Counted from the first letter of the stretch, positions 20,110 to 29,460 are shown. The stretch: DNA of 64,000 bases from a virus (IMGVR_UViG_3300037466_002980:128001-192000), one strand, 5' to 3'. Numbers and translations are program-made. Notes: generated by a model not told the origin, from the sequence alone.

Positions 20110-20538
20110 TTATAACCTATTTTTTAAGTATTCTTCGTCTTCAGGATATTTTGGATTATGTGCTGTAGCATTCATAGTAGAATATGGAAATTTTAATTTA
20201 AATGATAATAAATCTTCTTCGTTTTCAAATGCAAACATAATCCATCGATTATCGACTTCGTAACTTTTACTCCAGTCACTTTCTTCGCCATAAAATTTTC
20301 TATAATCCTTGCGAACTAATTCATAAAAGACAGTACCAGAAGACATTTCTTCGATATATTTTCTAATTTCAATTCTTCTTGAATTATTAATATTTTCATC
20401 ATGAATATAAAGTATAAAAGGAAAATCATCTGAAGGCCATTTAAATACATATCGTTGCCTTGTACCGCTCCAATATGCATCTTTAAAATACCATTGCGGA
20501 TCGATTTTATCTTCGTCGAGTGAAAGTAATTTTCCCAT
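20110..20538 (-). CDS. Hypothetical protein (F-x3-D-x3-F-x-L-K family)
   Basis: FAFENEEDLLSFKLKF. Confidence 0.6.
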   Translation of the reverse strand: MGKLLSLDEDKIDPQWYFKDAYWSGTRQRYVFKWPSDDFPFILYIHDENINNSRRIEIRKYIEEMSSGTVFYELVRKDYRKFYGEESDWSKSYEVDNRWIMFAFENEEDLLSFKLKFPYSTMNATAHNPKYPEDEEYLKNRL

Positions 20539-20602
20539 ATGATATAGTATAAAAGAAAATACCGCTTAGAGTCAAGCGGTATTTTTAGATTAAGAATTGA
20601 TC

Positions 20603-21535
20603 TTACTTAGTTTTCTTTACCGTAGTAGCCGGTAATTCGTAATAGGACCATTTTCCAGTATTATCTGCATTCACAGAAGCCCATTTCTTATGATAGCCGG
20701 TGGTTTCTTGAAGTGTAACAAGATTATTCTTGAAACAACCTCTCAGTTCTGCCAAGGCTTGAGCATACTTTTCCGACTTATAGGCACGTGTCACAAACAA
20801 TGCTTCGGTTGCAATAGTCGGAACACCCGATCCGCCCATTCCAAGGTTTGAATAATTCAGTTTAGCCGGAACATAAACACTCTTCAATTTCGAAACAAGA
20901 GCATCCGAGAAAGGAAGCAATTTGTAGGTCTTTGGAAGTGATTTTACTTCGTCCATGGGTTGTCCGCCAACCATTAAGAATGCAGCGACTTCACCCGAAT
21001 TAAGTTTCTTCTGTGCATCAGCAAAATCATTCACTTCGACAATCTGGAAATTAATTTCACTTTGAAGACGAATAAATTGTGCTGTAACAATCGATCCTCC
21101 CCATGCGGCTACCTTCTGACCAGCGAGATCAGCAAAAGTATTAAATTCCATTGATTTAGAACCAATACCCATCATGCCACCCGTCTTAATTGGACTAACA
21201 ACTTCAGTTACCACATGGACTTCTTCGGGGTATAGTGAAAATAAAGTTTTAATTCCGCCGAGATCTTCATTTCGTGCTCTATAGAAAAGAACATCAGTTT
21301 GAACGATAACAGCATTAACTTCGTTACCTAACAATTTATCCATGTTATCAACAGATCCTTTTGAGGGGACTTCAATCTGCATGATTTGATCTTTGCAGAC
21401 TTGTTGAAATTCAGTGAACATCCTGTGGTAATTTCCTTTCGGTCCACCAGTAGCAACTCGCAATTGAGTTTGTGCCATTGCCGTGGATGCCGCAAGCAAT
21501 GCGCCAATTAGGGCAACCTTAATCAAATTTTTCAT
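20603..21535 (-). CDS. TAXI/NMT1-like periplasmic solute-binding protein
   Basis: Signal peptide, VATGGPKGNY, SKGSVDN, IVQTDV, LYPEEVHVV. Confidence 0.75.
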   Translation of the reverse strand: MKNLIKVALIGALLAASTAMAQTQLRVATGGPKGNYHRMFTEFQQVCKDQIMQIEVPSKGSVDNMDKLLGNEVNAVIVQTDVLFYRARNEDLGGIKTLFSLYPEEVHVVTEVVSPIKTGGMMGIGSKSMEFNTFADLAGQKVAAWGGSIVTAQFIRLQSEINFQIVEVNDFADAQKKLNSGEVAAFLMVGGQPMDEVKSLPKTYKLLPFSDALVSKLKSVYVPAKLNYSNLGMGGSGVPTIATEALFVTRAYKSEKYAQALAELRGCFKNNLVTLQETTGYHKKWASVNADNTGKWSYYELPATTVKKTK

Positions 21536-21721
21536 GTGTGTCTCTCTTTCAAAAAAGTTTACTGGATTTTTAGGTTCTTCAAATCATTATCAGAAGAATT
21601 AGACGGAACTGTCTGATTATCTTGTGATACCTGAGATGTATGTTGAACGTTTCCAGTTAGAACGAACAACACTAACAGAATTGCTAGAACAAAAATTGTT
21701 CCGATAATTCTATATTTCATT

Positions 21722-22531
21722 TTAGTTTCTCACTTTCTGACTTTCTTTAACCGGAACATCCAATATAACCGGTTCACTAGTTTTTAATTGTGCCATAGTT
21801 GCACTCGTATTGTCAGCCGAATTCACATCGATTGCGGCAGCAACTTCTAATTGAGCGAATGCCGTGTTCATTGATTCAAATACCGCATCGCAGGCAGTAT
21901 CGGCTTTCAGCTTTTCCCATATATCGCCGGTGTCCATTCCAGCGGCTCTGTTTAATTCCATTGCATCTTTGGACATCTCCCAATACGCTTTCATTTCCTC
22001 GAGCTTAGAATTACCTTCGTCAAGTGATTGTTTCGCTTCCTGTAAGGCCTTCTTTTTCTGTTCAACAAGAGCAGCCATTCTCTCATATTGTTTCTGAAAT
22101 TCCAATGCCCTAGAAGGATACTTTAGAGCAAATTTTTCAATCTTACCCTTAAATGTGTCCCTTGCTGCGGCGGCATTTTCAACACTAGTTTTAAACTCTT
22201 GAAATGCTTTGTTCTTAGAAATAAGAAGATTGGTAAGTGTCTCAATGGGGTTCTGTGCAGCGGCCTGTGTTACCTTCTTAATATGATCTGTCTTTTCAGT
22301 TTCAATTAATCGATAACGTAAATTTGACATTTTTAGTGCAAACCAGGGAGCTAATTGAATTAAAGTGAAACCGATTGCGGCAGCAACACCTAATCCTATT
22401 AATCCACCGATTGCAACCATAACAAATGGTGCAACAATTAAACCAACTAAGGCAGCACCACCAACCATGATATACTTTTTCATCCTGTCACGTTTGTCAA
22501 TTAACTCCTGTGATGTTTGTTGCAAATCCAT
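21722..22531 (-). CDS. Membrane-anchored coiled-coil protein
   Basis: Two Gly/Ala-rich hydrophobic segments followed by a long coiled coil. Confidence 0.65.
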   Translation of the reverse strand: MDLQQTSQELIDKRDRMKKYIMVGGAALVGLIVAPFVMVAIGGLIGLGVAAAIGFTLIQLAPWFALKMSNLRYRLIETEKTDHIKKVTQAAAQNPIETLTNLLISKNKAFQEFKTSVENAAAARDTFKGKIEKFALKYPSRALEFQKQYERMAALVEQKKKALQEAKQSLDEGNSKLEEMKAYWEMSKDAMELNRAAGMDTGDIWEKLKADTACDAVFESMNTAFAQLEVAAAIDVNSADNTSATMAQLKTSEPVILDVPVKESQKVRN

Positions 22532-22544
22532 ATAATCCTTTCTA

Positions 22545-22934
22545 TTAGAATAGAGGTAAATTTCCCGTAATCAAATCAATTTTGTCGGAATTATCGGGAC
22601 CAATTCCAACAGCAGTTAATGTCGGTTCTGAAAATTCAGTTAATCCAGCATCCTTGATAAGACAACAAGGAAGACCGGCACTTTTTGCATTATTATATAT
22701 GTCAATAAGTTCTTGGTCTGTTTTAACATAAACGGTTACTTTTTTAAACCTACCAACAATCCATTCTCTTATAAATTCATTAGATAAATCAATTATAAGT
22801 TTATCTTCGTTAATTTGGGCTATAGAAAACAAAGCTCCAACAGCGGCGTGAGCCGCTTGGGAACAATATTTTCCAGTTCTAAGGTGTCTCTCCTTAGGAA
22901 ACTGTTTCATTACAATGACCTGTTTAGAAGACAT
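22545..22934 (-). CDS. pth2: Peptidyl-tRNA hydrolase type 2
   Basis: KQVIV, GK-x3-QAAHA, KKVTV, IKDAGLTEF, TLTAVGIGP, LPL. Confidence 0.92.
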   Translation of the reverse strand: MSSKQVIVMKQFPKERHLRTGKYCSQAAHAAVGALFSIAQINEDKLIIDLSNEFIREWIVGRFKKVTVYVKTDQELIDIYNNAKSAGLPCCLIKDAGLTEFSEPTLTAVGIGPDNSDKIDLITGNLPLF

Positions 22935-23299
22935 TAATTTGAGAAGCTTTTATAAAGAGCACTGGCAGTTACAAAACCAGGCTTCCAATTCCATTCGTCA
23001 AGCACAAGTTGATTGAATAATTGTTCATCAATTTCGAGTGTATCATCAATAGAATGTTCGAGCATGCTGATAGCCTTGGTGTAGCTATCCTCGTGCGAAG
23101 TTGGTGCTGTAGGCACATATTTCATGGTTTTAAATTTTTCAAGATCGGCTGTTTTTGCGATTTTGAAATTTTCTTGTGTAATTTTAAGAACTGCTTCTTT
23201 ATAATCGTTTATGGATTCTTGAAAATCTTTGATATGCTTTTCCTTATTATCTTTAACAATCTTAAGGAGTGCCTCGCGCTTCATTGTAATAGGTTTCAT
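22934..23299 (-). CDS. Hypothetical phage protein
   Basis: 121 aa, stop overlaps the pth2 start. Confidence 0.7.
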   Translation of the reverse strand: MKPITMKREALLKIVKDNKEKHIKDFQESINDYKEAVLKITQENFKIAKTADLEKFKTMKYVPTAPTSHEDSYTKAISMLEHSIDDTLEIDEQLFNQLVLDEWNWKPGFVTASALYKSFSN

Positions 23300-23314
23300 T
23301 TGTATTCCTTTCTA

Positions 23315-23405
23315 TGGAGGGAAGCACCCTAATCGAAAGGGATCCTATTCTCATAGAATCGGCTTATTTCCAATAAGTGATAGACACCAGTCTACTATAC
23401 TTCCC
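23315..23405 (-). tRNA. tRNA-Ser(GGA), atypical
   Basis: Loop TTGGAAA, long variable arm, CCA. Confidence 0.75.
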
Positions 23406-23436
23406 AGACCTATTTTACAATATAATTAATTATGCG

Positions 23437-24039
23437 TCAAGATAATTTTTTGATATCTGGTGATACATGAAATGCGATATCGCGAAGAATTGTTATTAAT
23501 GATAACATTTCTTCATCGGTTGGTTGCTTTGTTAATAAAATTGTAACCGTTCCATCAAATCCACCATATGATGGCGGAACAGCAACACCACAAGCATAAA
23601 CAACCTTATTACCGACTTCGGGAACATATTTGGAACTAATCACTTCGTTCCATGGTGAACAATCGGTTTCATGATTAATTAATCGAACAATTCGTTGATT
23701 AACTTTATCGTCACCTAAATCAAATAATGGTTCCTCGTCACTAATACTTCTATACTTGTTATATTCCTCAAATACTCTATTTACATCCTTGTCAGTTATA
23801 TATCTATAAATGACACGCTGACTATTTTTCTGAATATCTGTTGTGGTTATAACAATACCAACAAAATTAGGAATACGCTGAACATTTCTAGAAATCTGCA
23901 TCTGAGTTTCTTTCTTTATTCCAGTTGATGGTTCTTTTAGATGAAGATAAGAATAGGCCAACGAACTAACCGAAAATAATATTGATGCGATAATTAATAG
24001 ACCAAAAATGTATGTTTGTGATTTACTTGTCATGGTCAC
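23437..24039 (-). CDS. Single-TM protein with C-terminal GAF-like domain (T4 holin T-like; paralog of 24281-24937)
   Basis: N-terminal TM; C-x3-VPPSYG motif shared with the paralog. Confidence 0.45.
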   Translation of the reverse strand: MTMTSKSQTYIFGLLIIASILFSVSSLAYSYLHLKEPSTGIKKETQMQISRNVQRIPNFVGIVITTTDIQKNSQRVIYRYITDKDVNRVFEEYNKYRSISDEEPLFDLGDDKVNQRIVRLINHETDCSPWNEVISSKYVPEVGNKVVYACGVAVPPSYGGFDGTVTILLTKQPTDEEMLSLITILRDIAFHVSPDIKKLS

Positions 24040-24284
24040 CCCAGTAGTTTGGCAATCAAGATATATTCTTCCACCATCTGAATATCTTCATTGATTTTGA
24101 TAAGGATTTTATCAGTACTATGTTTCTTTCCACATCTAAGATTTACCTCTTCCCTAGAGAGCTCTGTTATTTCTTTTCTGATATTATCTATCATTTTAAT
24201 AATATCACGGCCGTGAGAAAGCCCCCTTGTTCGGGACTTCAAAGACTGTTCTAATCTACTCCACTCTAGACTATTTTTAATCAT
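24036..24284 (-). CDS. Hypothetical protein
   Basis: ATGA overlaps on both sides. Confidence 0.65.
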   Translation of the reverse strand: MIKNSLEWSRLEQSLKSRTRGLSHGRDIIKMIDNIRKEITELSREEVNLRCGKKHSTDKILIKINEDIQMVEEYILIAKLLG

Positions 24285-24937
24285 TTCAGTTCTTTATCAT
24301 AAATCATTATTGACAGATTTCTTGTCAATATCCTGATTTGATCAACCTCCTCTGGGGTAGGATCTCTTTTCAAATATATACTAACTATTCCAACTATTTT
24401 TCCATAGTATGGTGGAATACTATTAGAACACACAGTTGAAATATAATCTTTCGATTCCGGCATACTGATACCATTTGCAGTAGTCGAATATTTAGTACAA
24501 ATAAATTCACCATTGATAAGATTAATTATAATTTTATTTTGATTTGCATTATTTGTAAATAGAGGCTGTTCTGATGTTTGAAAATCATACTTAGCGTAGA
24601 TATCCTTCAAATCTTTCACATTAGTAAAAAGATAAGAAACATATTTGGTATTTGTTCTAAAATCAATAACTTCAACAGATATTGAATTAACAATATCTTT
24701 CTGAGTTACAGTTTTTTCAAGTTCTTCAGATGTTTTCTTCGAAAGTTGATGCAACGGAGTGGCGTATTTATCAAATCTATAATTTTTGATACCTAGAGCG
24801 ATATCATTTCTGGCCTGAAAGACAATCCATGCTGAAAACATTACAAAAAACAAAACTGTCATTTGAATAATTTTTGTCCATGTAAGTTTTTCTAAGAATC
24901 TTTGTAAAAGACCAAGCTGTTCAATAAAAGTCGACAT
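24281..24937 (-). CDS. Single-TM protein with C-terminal GAF-like domain (T4 holin T-like)
   Basis: 218 aa, N-terminal TM, CSNSIPPYYG. Confidence 0.45.
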   Translation of the reverse strand: MSTFIEQLGLLQRFLEKLTWTKIIQMTVLFFVMFSAWIVFQARNDIALGIKNYRFDKYATPLHQLSKKTSEELEKTVTQKDIVNSISVEVIDFRTNTKYVSYLFTNVKDLKDIYAKYDFQTSEQPLFTNNANQNKIIINLINGEFICTKYSTTANGISMPESKDYISTVCSNSIPPYYGKIVGIVSIYLKRDPTPEEVDQIRILTRNLSIMIYDKELK

Positions 24938-25006
24938 ACTACTCCTAGGAAATTAATTTTCCTGCAAAAATATTTATCGGAAGTAGTTGGAAACTTTTCT
25001 CGGGAT

Positions 25007-25192
25007 TTAACCCGTATTGGATGTCTTGCCTTGAACTGCTTTCTGTGCAACGTTTCCAGTGATATATGCACCGACTGTTGCAATTACCACCGCAGAATAT
25101 ACACCGTCGCTGATAGAATCTATATAAACAAGAACAGTTGAACTTAGGAGAGTGAGAACTGCAAGAATAAACTTTCTGCTGGCGTAGCGCAT
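25007..25192 (-). CDS. Small two-TM holin-like protein
   Basis: SRKF followed by two hydrophobic helices. Confidence 0.55.
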   Translation of the reverse strand: MRYASRKFILAVLTLLSSTVLVYIDSISDGVYSAVVIATVGAYITGNVAQKAVQGKTSNTG

Positions 25193-25235
25193 ATATCCTC
25201 CGGAATAAATTATATTTATTCCGTTATTGGATATA

Positions 25236-25320
25236 TGGTGTGCCTAACTGGACTCGAACCAGCACATCTTTCGACACCAGACTCTCATTCTGGCTTGGCT
25301 ACCAATTACAACATAGGCAC
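25236..25320 (-). tRNA. tRNA-Leu(GAG)
   Basis: CCAGA-ATGAGAG-TCTGG, long variable arm, ACCA. Confidence 0.9.
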
Positions 25321-25325
25321 AAAAT

Positions 25326-25404
25326 TGGTTGCAGTGCCTCGGAGTCGAACCGAGCTCTTCCTTGGCTTATGAGACCTAGTGTGTCTGCCGGACACCCGCC
25401 TGCT
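25326..25404 (-). tRNA. tRNA(CAT) Met/Ile2-type, irregular acceptor stem
   Basis: Loop CTCATAA, T arm CTCGG-TTCGACT-CCGAG, ACCA. Confidence 0.65.
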
Positions 25405-25413
25405 TCAAAATTA

Positions 25414-25650
25414 TCAAACTTCAGTAAGTCGATTACCAAACTTTAACTGTAGTATGGTTTCATCCTCTTTGTTTTCTGGATAAAATAAAAATTCATCATT
25501 ATTAGATAATATTCTACTACCTGTCATAAAATCACACCAACCAGAATCATTCTCTGATATAGTATGAAATTTATGATTAATCGATGTTTCGTTTAAAAAA
25601 TCGATATCTTCATCTACAATAATTCTTACAAGAAAACAAAGTTTATTCAT
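25414..25650 (-). CDS. Hypothetical protein (F-x3-D-x3-F-x-L-K-like family)
   Basis: ENKEDETILQLKFG. Confidence 0.55.
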   Translation of the reverse strand: MNKLCFLVRIIVDEDIDFLNETSINHKFHTISENDSGWCDFMTGSRILSNNDEFLFYPENKEDETILQLKFGNRLTEV

Positions 25651-25723
25651 GGTGCTCCTAACAAGAATCGAACTTGTGACGCTATCTTACCAAGATAATA
25701 TTATACCATTTAACTATAGGAGC
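25650..25723 (-). tRNA. tRNA-Thr(GGT)
   Basis: TTATC-TTGGTAA-GATAG, ACCA. Confidence 0.9.
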
Positions 25724-25802
25724 TAAAAACTGGGTAGGGCATATTATTATAATATATACCTGTGGACATTGTTAATCAATATCATACCCTTATAATAGTT
25801 AT

Positions 25803-25985
25803 TTATTCTAAATCTGTATTTCTGCTATCTTTAGATCTTAGATAAGATCTGCGGGCAGCTTCTTCTGAGAGTTGAGCATCAATCATCATAGCCTTAAATT
25901 GGGCACGGCTTTCATCGGATCCCTTCATAAGAGCAATCATTCTCTTAATAGGTTTCTTCATCTTGAAGTGCTTATCTGGTGTCAC
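25803..25985 (-). CDS. Hypothetical protein
   Basis: GTGA overlap, SD upstream. Confidence 0.6.
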   Translation of the reverse strand: MTPDKHFKMKKPIKRMIALMKGSDESRAQFKAMMIDAQLSEEAARRSYLRSKDSRNTDLE

Positions 25986-26335
25986 TGTTTTCTTCCTTTA
26001 TCTATCTGTTGCTGTTGATAATTAATGTGTTGCTTCATTGAAGCAACTTGCCTGGTTAAACTAGATGTTTCTTTTAATGCTTTATTAATATCTTTTTTAA
26101 GTGGCTCAATGTCTAATTGTACCTTATTTTCTTTAGACTCTGCGACCTTAACCTTCTTCGGTTCTTCTTCGGTTAAATAAATTCTTATCTCACCCTCTTT
26201 TGGATACCAGATAATATCGTGAATATGCCAAATGTCCTGAAGTAACCAAATCTTATCGTCAATTCGTGGTATATGTGATGAATTATATTCTGTAAATATA
26301 AGATCACCATTGTTATCAATATATAATAATTTCAT
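25982..26335 (-). CDS. Hypothetical protein
   Basis: Start trimmed to MKLLYID, downstream of tRNA-Ala. Confidence 0.6.
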   Translation of the reverse strand: MKLLYIDNNGDLIFTEYNSSHIPRIDDKIWLLQDIWHIHDIIWYPKEGEIRIYLTEEEPKKVKVAESKENKVQLDIEPLKKDINKALKETSSLTRQVASMKQHINYQQQQIDKGRKQ

Positions 26336-26340
26336 CTTTA

Positions 26341-26414
26341 TGGTGGACCGTCGGAGAATCGAACTCCGAATTGAGGCTTGCAAAGCCACTGTTATCCCGT
26401 TTAACTAACAGCCC
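26341..26414 (-). tRNA. tRNA-Ala(TGC)
   Basis: G3:U70, loop TTTGCAA, ACCA. Confidence 0.92.
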
Positions 26415-26432
26415 GTTGTTTTCCTAACTTAT

Positions 26433-26615
26433 TTATTTCTTTCGAGAATTTTGCCAATCTGTCCATTCTTTCCACACAATATGTGGAGATTCTTGAGCTG
26501 GTTCAAAAGCTTCCTCAATTCTATTAATTGCTTTTCTATCGCCAGATCTTATATTTCTACCAACCCCATTTAGAAAGAAATTTTCTTTCAGATATCCACG
26601 GAGGATCTTTTTCAT
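26433..26615 (-). CDS. Hypothetical protein
   Basis: ATGA overlap with the upstream gene. Confidence 0.5.
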   Translation of the reverse strand: MKKILRGYLKENFFLNGVGRNIRSGDRKAINRIEEAFEPAQESPHIVWKEWTDWQNSRKK

Positions 26616-26956
26616 TTTTCAATAATATAGCATTTTCCATTTAGAAATGCAACCTTCTTAGCTTGAAATATTTCTACACCATCACTGATAAAATTAGGTG
26701 AGGAATAAGGATTATAAGTAGCTAGTGATGAACCCTTAATACTCACCCTCTTTGTTATCTTATATTTATTTGCAACAGAATAGGCATGAACATTCTTTTT
26801 CTTTTCTTTTATTACACGCTGACGTCCTTTTTCGTTAACCTTAAAGACTATATCTTCTGCAACAAAACTATTACTTCTTTCAATGACTTTTCCTTTATGC
26901 TTAATGGAAAAACCACCTGTGTGAAGATTTCTATATATGAAAAATTTTGCACTCAT
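26612..26956 (-). CDS. Hypothetical phage protein
   Basis: YRNLH...FKVNEKGRQRV...KNVHA...YNPY; start trimmed to MSAKFF. Confidence 0.7.
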   Translation of the reverse strand: MSAKFFIYRNLHTGGFSIKHKGKVIERSNSFVAEDIVFKVNEKGRQRVIKEKKKNVHAYSVANKYKITKRVSIKGSSLATYNPYSSPNFISDGVEIFQAKKVAFLNGKCYIIEK

Positions 26957-26964
26957 AAAAATTG

Positions 26965-27445
26965 AAGGATACCTCGCTAATCGGACATTTAGCTTCATCT
27001 AGATTCCAACGGTTTCACATTCCAAATCTCGAAATGCTAATTGCCAACCTAATCTAGTTAATTATTGAACATTTTCCCGGTATCGGCAGGGTGCCCCTAT
27101 AAGAAAAGAATATTAACCATACCTCTCATCTATCAACCAGGATATCAAGGATATAATATATTCTACCGGCTGGCACCTTTCTGTTCTGGCCTTTCTCTTC
27201 ATAAAAAATGCTACGGGAGGTAATGCCTTCGCTTTTATTATTTTACGGTAAAAATAGCCAACCACTCCAAACGGATGGAAAATAATAAATGTCTAGCCTT
27301 AAGCGAGGCTAAGTGCAGGAATTTCCAGTCCCTCTAGTCTTGCACCCTAGACTTTAAACGCCATCTCTTTAAGTCGAGCGTTAACTCCGACTACCGTTTC
27401 CCCGGCGAAGGATTGTGGCACCCTTAAGGTGTACCATTCCACAAG
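26965..27445 (-). ncRNA. Candidate large (about 480 nt) structured ncRNA, family unassigned
   Basis: No credible ORF, GC-enriched, multiple hairpins and long-range complementarities, directly downstream of tRNA-Pro. Confidence 0.55.
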
Positions 27446-27449
27446 TTCA

Positions 27450-27527
27450 TGGTCGGAGTACAAGGATTCGAACCTTGGACCCTCTGGTCCCAAACCAGAT
27501 GCGCTAACCAGACTGCGCTACACTCCG
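27450..27527 (-). tRNA. tRNA-Pro(TGG)
   Basis: Canonical; loop TTTGGGA. Confidence 0.95.
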
Positions 27528-27787
27528 TTATATGACTATTTATATCTAAAAATTCTTGCCCGTCAAATGATCTCCACATTTATCAAATAACTAACGTTTT
27601 AGCATACGCCATTTTTTATCTATCTAGAAAGAACGTGTTATGGTCACGGTTTCACCAACGTAGAAATGTCTAACCACGGACCCACGAACCGTGTGGGCTG
27701 ACAGCCAAGTATAAAGCCTTGGTCGCTACCAATGAATTTAACGTGTTCACTGATGCTCACGGTGGATCGTTATAATCAATTTGTATT

Positions 27788-28051
27788 TTAATACCTTAGC
27801 ACCTCAAGTGTCAATTGTTCTCCTAAGACACCAGATATCAATTCTATTGATACAACAAGTTCATGAACTTCTATTAATTTCCATTCGCAATCTGCAAACT
27901 CAAAATATGCATCACAAACAGTATAACTATAAATTCCCTTATTAGGAATCCAATGAATATCGCCTTTATCAATTGCATTTTTTAATACAGGTAATATTTT
28001 CTCTGTGAATCCTAAACAAATAACTTCAGATAAAACTTTCGGCCAGGCCAT
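27788..28051 (-). CDS. Hypothetical protein
   Basis: TAATG overlap. Confidence 0.55.
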   Translation of the reverse strand: MAWPKVLSEVICLGFTEKILPVLKNAIDKGDIHWIPNKGIYSYTVCDAYFEFADCEWKLIEVHELVVSIELISGVLGEQLTLEVLRY

Positions 28052-28227
28052 TATATCTTTCCCGAAATTCTTAGTATAAGATATTCATCTTCATCAAAAT
28101 CACCGTTGCCTTCACAAAATTCACAATCTTCCCATGTTTCGGTGTGACCATTAGGATATAATTTTCCTATCATTACCTGACCGGTACCATGGCAATCTGG
28201 ACAAAGATATTTTATAATTTCATTCAT
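28051..28227 (-). CDS. Small CxxCxGxG zinc-finger protein
   Basis: CPDCHGTG, CEFCEGNG; start trimmed to MNEIIKY. Confidence 0.65.
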   Translation of the reverse strand: MNEIIKYLCPDCHGTGQVMIGKLYPNGHTETWEDCEFCEGNGDFDEDEYLILRISGKI

Positions 28228-28363
28228 AAGGTTACAGTTATCGAAATCCCCGGGCCGTGTGGGCTCTTCGATTAAGCTGGAGGACTTGCACCTCACCCGA
28301 TATATCATTTCTGATAGTGACCATTGCTCCCGCCGGATATCTATATAATAGAAACTATAACAC

Positions 28364-28448
28364 TGGTGCGGATGAAGGGACTCGAACCCATACGCCTTTC
28401 GACACGAGCTTCTAAGACTCGTACGTCTACCAATTTCGCCACATCCGC
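28364..28448 (-). tRNA. tRNA-Leu(TAG)
   Basis: Loop CTTAGAA, long variable arm. Confidence 0.95.
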
Positions 28449-28508
28449 AAAACCTTATTTATTATATCGTATTAAAATGAAATTAACAATGCTATCGACT
28501 TAGATGAT

Positions 28509-28901
28509 TTATCGTTTTAATATCTTACCAAGTTTATTTGCTTTCTTGGCATAGCGAATTGTTGACCAAGTTCCGCTACGAAGCACTTCAATATTTTCTT
28601 TTGGTGCAGCTATCACGGTATCCGATTCATTAACAATGTCTTTGTTTCTATCTAGATATTCTTTAGGTGTCCACAATACATCACCTTTACAGAAAGCTCT
28701 TTTAGACGAATTAATTGGAGGATGAATTATAATTCTAACTAATGGAAAAAATTCTCGAACAATATTATGTGCTTGTTCATCTGCACCAATGCAATCACCA
28801 TGATGAAATTCAATAATATTATTTTCCTGACAAAATAAAACAAACTCCTCCTGTTGGAGTAAAGTCATTCCTATTTGTGTACCGGTGAATCCAATTCTCA
28901 T
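28509..28901 (-). CDS. SLOG/DprA-like superfamily protein
   Basis: IGFTG, HHGDCIGAD, RNKDIV, SGTWSTIRYA. Confidence 0.75.
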   Translation of the reverse strand: MRIGFTGTQIGMTLLQQEEFVLFCQENNIIEFHHGDCIGADEQAHNIVREFFPLVRIIIHPPINSSKRAFCKGDVLWTPKEYLDRNKDIVNESDTVIAAPKENIEVLRSGTWSTIRYAKKANKLGKILKR

Positions 28902-29092
28902 ATCTGAAATTTTAATTTGAATGCTAACGCATCTAATGATGATGCAAAAACAAATATAAGACTGTCATTGGTTCTGATACAGAAATGGTCACCTTTGCAA
29001 TTTCGTCCTAACCAGAATGATATATCCGGTTTCCAATTATAAATTGGAACAATAATTTGATTATTTCTGTCCTCACAGGTTTCTGGTAACAT
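28898..29092 (-). CDS. Hypothetical protein (F-x3-D-x3-F-x-L-K family)
   Basis: FASSLDALAFKLKF. Confidence 0.6.
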   Translation of the reverse strand: MLPETCEDRNNQIIVPIYNWKPDISFWLGRNCKGDHFCIRTNDSLIFVFASSLDALAFKLKFQI

Positions 29093-29367
29093 TATTCGTT
29101 AAAAAGTATTTCATCCCATTTTATTAAAAACATTGTTAGATCTTCTTTTTTCTTAAAGAAAAATTCAACATAATAATCAGTTCCATAACTCTTATATAGA
29201 TATCCGTATTTTCCAAGGGACTGATTACACCATTCTAAAATTTCCTTAATATTTGCCGGTTCTTGACATAAGGTAAATTTTATTTCATATGGAGATTTTA
29301 CAGAACTTATATTCAATTCTGTAATCCAATATTTCTCTGGTGGCAAATCTGATAAAGGAATATCCAT
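29092..29367 (-). CDS. Hypothetical protein (F-x3-D-x3-F-x-L-K family)
   Basis: EILEWC...FKKKEDLTMFLIKW. Confidence 0.65.
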   Translation of the reverse strand: MDIPLSDLPPEKYWITELNISSVKSPYEIKFTLCQEPANIKEILEWCNQSLGKYGYLYKSYGTDYYVEFFFKKKEDLTMFLIKWDEILFNE

Positions 29368-29383
29368 TTCTTTTTCCTAAAAT

Positions 29384-29460
29384 TGGCGCCCTGTGCGGGA
29401 CTCGAACCCGCAGCAACAAGGTGTTAGAAGCCTCCACTCTACCAATTGAGTTAACAGGGC
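29384..29460 (-). tRNA. tRNA, best register gives anticodon CTA (amber suppressor candidate; alternative TCT/Arg)
   Basis: Perfect acceptor, D and T arms; anticodon arm GAGGC-TTCTAAC-ACCTT; GCCA end. Confidence 0.6.

Noticed and set aside
25730-25795. Degenerate tRNA-like element
   Set aside because: Only the ends pair; there is no T loop, anticodon arm or clear CCA.
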